DNA from: a virus
Length of the DNA stretch: 64,000 nucleotides
Direction: 5' to 3' (one strand)
IMG/VR virus record: IMGVR_UViG_3300048587_000114
Coordinates: 3,646 to 67,645 of that record
Part shown: piece after piece, positions 57,979 to 64,000 of the stretch
Layout: each line of letters starts with the position of its first letter
How positions within the stretch are numbered: position 1 is the stretch's first letter
The notes under the pieces: generated by a model
Databases searched by the model: none
What the model saw: the letters and a program-made list of their open reading frames with translations, nothing else
Told to the model about the DNA's origin: nothing
Translations under genes and position numbers: made by a program

Positions 57979-58103
57979 CCGGTCGAATAATCCGATAGAC
58001 CAAAAGAACCGGAGCGTTACTCACACGCTTGCAAGCCAGATATGGTGCGACGGTACGGGTTGAGATTTCTGATTTCGGCCAAATGACGTACGCATTTGGC
58101 AAC

Positions 58104-58179
58104 ATCCCTGTGGTATAATGGACAGTGCAGCACGTTTCTACCGTGCAAGGTGCGGGTTCGAATCCTGCCGGGGATACCA
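58104..58179 (+). tRNA. tRNA-Arg(TCT)
   Basis: GCACG-TTTCTAC-CGTGC, CCA end. Confidence 0.88.
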
Positions 58180-58180
58180 C

Positions 58181-58254
58181 GGTCGCATAGCTCAATTTGG
58201 GAGAGCACCGGCTTGTCACGCCGGAGGTTGCGGGTTCGATCCACGTCGTGACTG
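58181..58254 (+). tRNA. tRNA-Asp(GTC)
   Basis: CCGGC-TTGTCAC-GCCGG. Confidence 0.82.
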
Positions 58255-58287
58255 CTAACAACTAACCTATCAAAACGGAGGTTAAGC

Positions 58288-58716
58288 ATGGGTAATGTGA
58301 AAAAGGCGGAAACACTCGGTATGCCGCATGGCACGGCTACAAATCGCTTACGTAAACAGTTGTTATTTAAGTATGTCTGTCTTGCAGGAGACAATATATG
58401 TTATAAGTGTAAGAATATAATAGAACTGATTGACGATTTATCTATTGAACACATTAAACCGTGGGAGGGTAGGTCCGCAGAACTATTTTGGGATTTGAGT
58501 AATATAGCGTTTAGTCATATCTCTTGTAATAGACCGCACGTTAACGGAGCGGTAAGACGCCGGATAAGTTTAGATGGTGATGTTTTTCGTTGTTGTTCAT
58601 GTAAACAGACGAAAGAACGGTCGAATTTTGGTATAAGCAGTAGTCGATGGAATAATGTGCAGTCAGAATGTAAAGATTGTCGTAATAAACGCCCGAGAGT
58701 GCGTCAGTCGTCGTGA
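58288..58716 (+). CDS. HNH-like endonuclease
   Basis: CYKC...SIEHIKPW...NIAFSHISCN; C-terminal CCSC...CKDC. Confidence 0.75.
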   Translation: MGNVKKAETLGMPHGTATNRLRKQLLFKYVCLAGDNICYKCKNIIELIDDLSIEHIKPWEGRSAELFWDLSNIAFSHISCNRPHVNGAVRRRISLDGDVFRCCSCKQTKERSNFGISSSRWNNVQSECKDCRNKRPRVRQSS

Positions 58717-58735
58717 TCGCCAGTAGCTCGTTTTT

Positions 58736-58810
58736 GCCGGTGTAGTGTAAAGGAAAACACGCAACGCTTCGAACGTTGTAGTGCGGGTTCGAGTCCTGCC
58801 AGCGGCACCA
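58736..58810 (+). tRNA. tRNA-Arg(TCG)
   Basis: CAACG-CTTCGAA-CGTTG, CCA end. Confidence 0.88.
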
Positions 58811-58825
58811 CGGAAAGGGTACGGT

Positions 58826-59086
58826 ATGCAAGTCGAAGTCATGTACCGGGAGCCTGATACGTACCCGGCAATTCACTGGAACGGCCATAACAGTGCTGAT
58901 GTGCAAGCGTGGCTGGATCGGAATCTTCGTTTGTCGGGGGACTACGATAATCAATATTGTGTGCGGAATAATGTTCTCTATCTTGGAATGTATACCCTTC
59001 CGGTGAATACGTGGTTGGTGGCTGACGGGAGCGTGCAGGACTTTACCGAAAGGGAATTTGCAAGTATATTTCTTGTCGTTTCCTAA
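58826..59086 (+). CDS. Hypothetical protein
   Basis: AIHWNGHN...NTWLV...EFASIF. Confidence 0.55.
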   Translation: MQVEVMYREPDTYPAIHWNGHNSADVQAWLDRNLRLSGDYDNQYCVRNNVLYLGMYTLPVNTWLVADGSVQDFTEREFASIFLVVS

Positions 59087-59093
59087 GTTCTAT

Positions 59094-59166
59094 GGTGTTT
59101 ATGGCCGAGCGGTCTAGGCGCATGCCTGTGGAGCATGTTACACGGGTTCGAACCCCGTTAGGCACC
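59094..59166 (+). tRNA. tRNA-His(GTG)
   Basis: CATGC-CTGTGGA-GCATG, G-1:C73. Confidence 0.88.
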
Positions 59167-59172
59167 CTGAGT

Positions 59173-59246
59173 GAGCGGTTGGCCGAGTGGTTAGGCGCGT
59201 CTCTGCAACAGACAGGACAGCGGTTCGAATCCGCTACCGCTCTCCA
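59173..59246 (+). tRNA. tRNA-Cys(GCA)
   Basis: GTCT-CTGCAAC-AGAC, U73, CCA end. Confidence 0.88.
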
Positions 59247-59247
59247 C

Positions 59248-59319
59248 GCCTTTGTAACTCAATGGTAGAGTAAGCGTCTTTTAAACGCGAAGTTGTGGGT
59301 TCGAATCCCACCGGGGGCA
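59248..59319 (+). tRNA. tRNA-Lys(TTT)
   Basis: GCGT-CTTTTAA-ACGC. Confidence 0.85.
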
Positions 59320-59321
59320 CT

Positions 59322-59498
59322 ATGGTACACGTTGTCGGTGTATTGGCGTTGCTTGTCGGGATGATTGTTCTCTGTCGGCACAGCCTGCATGACACACAAC
59401 TCCTGATGGACTTGGAGGGTATTGCCATTTTTGTCCTGATGGTGTACTGTGTACTTCGACTGTATGGTGTGAAACTCGCTTTTGTAGCTCAATGGTAG
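59322..59498 (+). CDS. Small membrane protein
   Basis: Two hydrophobic segments; weak RBS; stop lies inside tRNA-Lys(CTT). Confidence 0.35.
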   Translation: MVHVVGVLALLVGMIVLCRHSLHDTQLLMDLEGIAIFVLMVYCVLRLYGVKLAFVAQW

Positions 59499-59549
59499 AG
59501 CAAGGCTCTCTTAAAGCCGGGGTTGGTGGTTCGAATCCACTCAGGAGCA
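59478..59549 (+). tRNA. tRNA-Lys(CTT)
   Basis: GGCT-CTCTTAA-AGCC. Confidence 0.85.
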
Positions 59550-59669
59550 CGGCTCAATGCGGTGAACAGGTAAAGCTTCCGTGTGGTTGTCCCGACTTCC
59601 ACCCCCAAAGGCCACGGGGACAATAGTTTGCGGCACGTACCGGCGCGTGTGGGAAAACACCGGAACCCT

Positions 59670-59743
59670 GTCAGTGTGACCGAGTGGTTAGGTGCTTGCC
59701 TTCCAAGCAATGAACGCGGGTTCGATTCCTGTCACTGACTCCA
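59670..59743 (+). tRNA. tRNA-Gly(TCC)
   Basis: TTGC-CTTCCAA-GCAA, U73, CCA end. Confidence 0.88.
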
Positions 59744-59760
59744 TGTGCTACGGAGAACCA

Positions 59761-60069
59761 ATGAACGGTTTAGACTACACAAAATACATTACACTATGGA
59801 AAGCTGGACATGTAGATGGTAGCCGTGGTAAAGTAGGAGTGTCTAAACACGTTCGCCGTTATTTGTTTGAGAAATACGATAATAAGTGTGCTGTTTGCGG
59901 CTGGTGTGAAACACATCCGATAACTGGTGAAGTTCCACTGGAAGTACATCACATAAGCGGACACGCGAATACGGAGAGCAATCTTATTTTGCTGTGTCCC
60001 AATTGTCACAGTCTTACGGGTACCTATAGAGGTAGAAATAAGGGACACGGAAGGACAACCCGAAAATAA
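59761..60069 (+). CDS. HNH endonuclease
   Basis: CAVCGW...PLEVHHISG...NLILLCPNCHSLT. Confidence 0.9.
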   Translation: MNGLDYTKYITLWKAGHVDGSRGKVGVSKHVRRYLFEKYDNKCAVCGWCETHPITGEVPLEVHHISGHANTESNLILLCPNCHSLTGTYRGRNKGHGRTTRK

Positions 60070-60070
60070 T

Positions 60071-60149
60071 GCATCTGTAGCTCACGTTGGTCCCGAGCAG
60101 CGATCTTGTAAATCGCAGGACGCAGGTTCGATTCCTGTCAGATGCTCCA
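60071..60149 (+). tRNA. tRNA-Thr(TGT)
   Basis: GCGAT-CTTGTAA-ATCGC, CCA end. Confidence 0.88.
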
Positions 60150-60150
60150 C

Positions 60151-60184
60151 TAGGTTGCGGGTTCGACTCCTGTTCGTAGCTCCA
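60151..60184 (+). pseudogene. Orphan tRNA 3' half
   Basis: AGGTT-GCGGG-TTCGACT-CCTGT-TCGTAGC-T-CCA. Confidence 0.75.
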
Positions 60185-60284
60185 AGGAAAGGACTGCACA
60201 CGCTAGTGCCCTACCCGTTATCCGTGGGTGTGGGAAACTTCAGTCGTTTCAAGTAGCGCATCAATTGGCGGCGAACGGATAAAG

Positions 60285-60313
60285 AAAAGAGCGGCCCTTC
60301 GGGGCCGCTTTTT
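60285..60313. terminator. Bidirectional intrinsic terminator
   Basis: AAAAG-AGCGGCCC-TTCG-GGGCCGCT-TTTT between convergent units. Confidence 0.85.
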
Positions 60314-60777
60314 CATGTCTGGAAAATGCTGAAGTAAATTAAAAAGAGGAACGCTCCGTAGAGCATCCACGGTTGATCCCACCGGACAACCTCCCGGCGC
60401 GACATTGATACTGAAGATGCTCGGTTTCGTCGCTTGCTTCCTCGTTTTGTCTTTCCCAAAACGCGAAGTCGTTCCTTCCGGTAGTAGGAGACTTTCGCCT
60501 GAACGGTTCGGCCCGGAATGGTCCGGGCACCTTTGGCAAGGTTGCACGTTCGGCACGACGTGACAAGGTTACGTGGGTCATCGGTTCCTCCTTTCGCCCG
60601 TGGCTTAACGTGGTCCAGTTGCAGCATGTACCGAGAGTCACAATACACGCACTTGTTATTGTCGCGTTTATAGATGCTCCGGCGCTGTTCGACACTGATC
60701 CAGTTACGGTCGTACGAGTTCGAACGTTTGTGTTTGAGTGGTAGCGTCATATGTGTACCCACCTGAAAGGGCATCAC
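60313..60777 (-). CDS. HNH endonuclease
   Basis: CVYC...LDHVKPRAKGG...NLVTSCRTCNLAKG. Confidence 0.9.
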   Translation of the reverse strand: MMPFQVGTHMTLPLKHKRSNSYDRNWISVEQRRSIYKRDNNKCVYCDSRYMLQLDHVKPRAKGGTDDPRNLVTSCRTCNLAKGARTIPGRTVQAKVSYYRKERLRVLGKTKRGSKRRNRASSVSMSRREVVRWDQPWMLYGAFLFLIYFSIFQT

Positions 60778-61339
60778 ATAGACGGAGTATGCCGTCTACC
60801 GCGTCGTTCTCGGACTGTCCGGTAAGATCAATGACGAAGTGAGCGGTGATGTTGAACTGTTCGGTTTCCGATGCGTGTGTTGTGGATCGCTTATCCGCAT
60901 TCCCACTCGCATCCTCAATATTCCGAATCAGTCGAACGATCCAGAAGCCTTGCTCACGGAGGGCGTCTGCTTCATTCACGAAGCGACAGTCATCCACAAC
61001 CACAGGACCGCTTGTCATGGAAAACGTTTGTTTCCAGCGGTTAATCCAGTGGTCGGGTTCCCCCATAAACTCTCGCCAAAAATCTGTTCCGTACCATTGC
61101 AAGAGCGGTCCAAACGTCGTCTTTTTGAACTGTTCGATGGTAGCCTTGTTCAGAGAGGACGGATTCGGGCTGTGTCCCCGAAGCGTGTGTTGCTTGACCA
61201 CATAATCAAGCATGTCAGCACAGTCCTGTTTGACCGCATCGGCAAAGGCAAGTCGCTGATGCCCGCGATGCTGAACAAGGGCGTTGGCAATCGTTGTCTT
61301 TCCAACGCCATACGGCCCGATAAAAGCGAAGTGACGCAC
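60704..61339 (-). CDS. Deoxynucleoside monophosphate kinase
   Basis: GPYGVGKT, FADAVK, LQWYGTD..R, VDDCRFVNE, HASE. Confidence 0.88.
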   Translation of the reverse strand: MRHFAFIGPYGVGKTTIANALVQHRGHQRLAFADAVKQDCADMLDYVVKQHTLRGHSPNPSSLNKATIEQFKKTTFGPLLQWYGTDFWREFMGEPDHWINRWKQTFSMTSGPVVVDDCRFVNEADALREQGFWIVRLIRNIEDASGNADKRSTTHASETEQFNITAHFVIDLTGQSENDAVDGILRLCDALSGGYTYDATTQTQTFELVRP

Positions 61340-61348
61340 ATAACCCTC

Positions 61349-61561
61349 CTATGTGATGCGGCTGATAAGACTTATTGCAACCATACAGGCGGCTGCAACA
61401 AGGAGAAGAAGGAACATGAGAATAAACTTTGACCAGACTTGGAATAGGTACGCATCGAGTGATGTGTACCCCTCATCGTCTGAACGGCGCTGAAGCCATT
61501 TGTGCAGGTTTCGCAGCGCCTTATACTTCATAAAGCGCAACCAGACAATTAGCCTGAGCAT
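61349..61561 (-). CDS. Small membrane protein
   Basis: C-terminal hydrophobic helix. Confidence 0.45.
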   Translation of the reverse strand: MLRLIVWLRFMKYKALRNLHKWLQRRSDDEGYTSLDAYLFQVWSKFILMFLLLLVAAACMVAISLISRIT

Positions 61562-62037
61562 GACACACTCTCTCCGGTAGTTACCCTGTGATACGTGTAG
61601 AGCATTTGCGGAGACTCGTTCAAGTCCATCGCAGATGCACAGCTACTCAGGATAGGGAGTAGGGAACTGAAGTCGTCAACGTGGAACACTCCGGGCATAT
61701 AGTAGAAAATATGCTCCTGATCCCCCACGATGATGCACGTCTTTTGCTTCGCGTACGCATAGCCGAACTCCCAATGTCGTCCTCCACCGATGGTCGGATT
61801 TTTTGGATCGTTCGCAAAGAGTACAAGCACGTCGCAACGGTCTACATCGCAGGCGTCACGAATTGCCTCTCGTTCGAAGTAGGCCCGTCCCTGCACACCG
61901 TAGGCGCTGTGTGGTCCGTCTGTCCCGTCAAGCCACTGGCTTGTGACATGGATACGATGATCGGCTGTCTGAATAATATCCCGGTAGGCTTTGATTTCGT
62001 CCTTCCGGAGCCATGAACCAGCGAGATAGACGTTCAT
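61549..62037 (-). CDS. Nucleoside 2-deoxyribosyltransferase-like protein
   Basis: VYLAG, DVDRCDVLV, GRHWEFGYAYA. Confidence 0.82.
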   Translation of the reverse strand: MNVYLAGSWLRKDEIKAYRDIIQTADHRIHVTSQWLDGTDGPHSAYGVQGRAYFEREAIRDACDVDRCDVLVLFANDPKNPTIGGGRHWEFGYAYAKQKTCIIVGDQEHIFYYMPGVFHVDDFSSLLPILSSCASAMDLNESPQMLYTYHRVTTGESVSCSG

Positions 62038-62209
62038 TCTTCCTCCTGTTCGTCTAACATCTCACTGATAGTATCTTCGATTTCTTCCAAGTTGTCAAAT
62101 GTCTCCAAGCTGATGCACCCCTGTGCATCGAACTCTTTACTTGCTTTGCGAAGTACATCTTGAATGAAGCGAAGGAAATCACAATCAATACTTTTACGAG
62201 TCGGGAAGG

Positions 62210-62443
62210 TCATACCGTATCCTCCGAGCGTCGGGCCGTCTTATACTGGATCAAATCAAGCGTTCTGTTTGGCTCAATTGAGGGGCCAAGTTCCCGTTCA
62301 ATGTACTCTTTCGCCGCGACGGATGCAAACGACACAAGAACGTAACCGGGAGGGGCCAGCATATAGCCAACATCGTTTCTAATGGAAAGTGGGAGGCGCT
62401 TTTTCAGCGCCACCCACTCATTGTATCGGTATCGGTTGGTCAT
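62210..62443 (-). CDS. Hypothetical protein
   Basis: Coupled to upstream stop. Confidence 0.45.
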   Translation of the reverse strand: MTNRYRYNEWVALKKRLPLSIRNDVGYMLAPPGYVLVSFASVAAKEYIERELGPSIEPNRTLDLIQYKTARRSEDTV

Positions 62444-63999
62444 GCGATCAATGTCCCTTCTACCATTTCGCTCTGTGGAAGAACGTGGTCGGCAAGGACA
62501 AACTTATACAGGTTTGCCGGATTGCCTACCTTGGTATCCATCTGGACGACGCTTGCCATGTCTTTCGACAGTTCCTTCAGGTTTTGGGCAAGCGACCGGG
62601 CGTTCGGGATTTGTCGTTCGTATTCACGAAGCACCCCGAGTGTGTTTGCCAGCCCACGTAGCTCTGCATGGAGTTTCGCGGCGGTTGTCCACTGACCGTT
62701 ATTCTTGAACCCCGGCTCATTGGTCTGCGGGTTGTTCCATACCTGTCGAACCCACTGTTCCAGTACGCTCCACAGGATTGACGCATCACGGGCCGTTTGC
62801 TTCTGGTTCATTTCCAGCGTTCGCAACAGGCCCATCTCCGGAAGATCAAGCGCCTGTGCAGATGCCAGCATGAAGTCCGCATATGCGGCCATACGCAAAT
62901 CGTGTTGTTTCGGTGCCCACGTTTTAATAACACCGACAATTTTGTTCAAGTCCTGCAACAACTCGTACCAGAGTTGGTTTCGGTTGTTACGAATACGATC
63001 CAGCAGGACGGTCGGACTGATCTTCTCGCCGCGACGATCCACGTAGAGCACCACCAGACGTGTTGATACGTCGGATCGGGTGAACCAGTGATTTCGTGTC
63101 GTCATCCCAAGGTGACACTTCACCTTGAATGTGACGTGATCGTTCGTGGTATAGAGCTTCCGGCGCGTAAACTGAATGCCGGTGGCAACTTCGCAAAGGG
63201 CATCTTCAAGCCACTTGTTCGGAGTATCGACGTTATCAAGAAAGACGTGGTGGGCATTGGAGACAGCAGTTTCAAACGTATCCCGGTCGGAAGGGATTGC
63301 TGAAACGGTAGACGTTGATCCAAGCAGCAACTCTCCAACTGCTTGAAGGGCCAAGGATTTTCCAGAATCCGTTGGTCCCGCGATGATAAGGTGTGGTTGG
63401 GCATCCATATACTCCGAAAAGAACAGCGAGTACGTCCACAGACGGAACAAAGCCGTTGCCTGTTCGCGGGTATGTCGGGCAAGCTGTTCGTCGTAGTTCG
63501 GAATGCCAAAAATAGCCGTCTCCAATGACGGCGTACTGGCATCTCCGGGCATTGCCGTAAACGGCTCCATGTTCAACGTATCGCGGAACAGAATCCCATC
63601 GGTGCCGTTTCGGACAACTTCAATGGTTTTTCCGTCCAGACGATAGACCATTCCCTCACCGTTGTAGACGTAGAGCAGCCCTTGTTGCTTGCTCCAAAAG
63701 TATGACGTCTTGGGAACGACCGGAATCCCGCGATCCTGTACGAATGCCGTCAAGGTTTCATTGACTACCTTGAACTCCGGCTCTCCGTCTACGATCCAGT
63801 ACCGAAGATTCAGCAACGTTTTCCACTTGCGGTTCGTCGGGTCCATCGGAATGATATGCTGGCCGTCGTAGTACAACGCTTCGTGGCGCTCGGTGTCCCA
63901 ATAGAGACAACCGGTCGTATTCAGGTCTTTCATCACTTCTTCGCTGATGAGACGTCGGCGCTCCGTAACCGGCGTGCCGGTCTGTGCCCGAAGTTTCTT
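62440..63999 (-). CDS. Primase-associated helicase/NTPase, 5'-truncated
   Basis: Walker A AGPTDSGKS, Walker B VFLDN, RKLYT motif; frame open to window edge. Confidence 0.78.
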   Translation of the reverse strand, partial: KKLRAQTGTPVTERRRLISEEVMKDLNTTGCLYWDTERHEALYYDGQHIIPMDPTNRKWKTLLNLRYWIVDGEPEFKVVNETLTAFVQDRGIPVVPKTSYFWSKQQGLLYVYNGEGMVYRLDGKTIEVVRNGTDGILFRDTLNMEPFTAMPGDASTPSLETAIFGIPNYDEQLARHTREQATALFRLWTYSLFFSEYMDAQPHLIIAGPTDSGKSLALQAVGELLLGSTSTVSAIPSDRDTFETAVSNAHHVFLDNVDTPNKWLEDALCEVATGIQFTRRKLYTTNDHVTFKVKCHLGMTTRNHWFTRSDVSTRLVVLYVDRRGEKISPTVLLDRIRNNRNQLWYELLQDLNKIVGVIKTWAPKQHDLRMAAYADFMLASAQALDLPEMGLLRTLEMNQKQTARDASILWSVLEQWVRQVWNNPQTNEPGFKNNGQWTTAAKLHAELRGLANTLGVLREYERQIPNARSLAQNLKELSKDMASVVQMDTKVGNPANLYKFVLADHVLPQSEMVEGTLIA

Positions 64000-64000
64000 C

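Noticed and set aside
52193-60069. ORF-track entries running through tRNA genes (e.g. 52487-53089 -, 53185-53562 +, 57866-58261 -)
   Set aside because: They are translations of tRNA sequence or its antisense
50813-62037. Hypermodified-base pathway
   Set aside because: No hydroxymethylase, PurZ, queuosine-pathway or glycosyltransferase genes in the window; the enzymes present fit ordinary dNTP supply
1-64000. Host assignment
   Set aside because: Promoters, holin and amidase hint at a monoderm host, but nothing in the sequence identifies a taxon without database comparison

Overview
The whole window is phage DNA from a long-tailed dsDNA phage (about 52-55% GC by eye). Layout: a rightward virion and lysis module (0.1-22.9 kb); a long leftward replication, recombination and accessory arm (22.9-48.4 kb) with a UDG-PolA fusion, RuvC, SSB, Sak4-like ATPase, two methyltransferases, Cas4-like nuclease, SNF2 helicase, XRE regulator, tyrosine integrase, RtcB, a metallopeptidase and two paralogous Cys-rich proteins; a repeat-rich, compositionally odd divergence zone (44.5-50.3 kb); a rightward array of 26 canonical tRNAs covering all 20 amino acids, mixed with HNH genes and ThyX (52.1-60.2 kb); and a leftward nucleotide-metabolism and primase block running off the right edge. 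Most striking: (1) a tRNA gene split at its anticodon arm by a roughly 510-nt insert holding a complete second tRNA plus an HNH gene, with a probable second nested remnant; (2) an 86-nt tmRNA-like RNA reduced to its tRNA-like domain; (3) a tRNA body with a 27-nt anticodon loop, in a genome that encodes RtcB; (4) a 4.4-kb segment with a very restricted k-mer vocabulary that carries one gene and is bounded by repeats and palindromes, possibly first-injected DNA; (5) near-total absence of CCWGG. All calls are by-eye motif and base-pairing readings; no database searches or counts were run.
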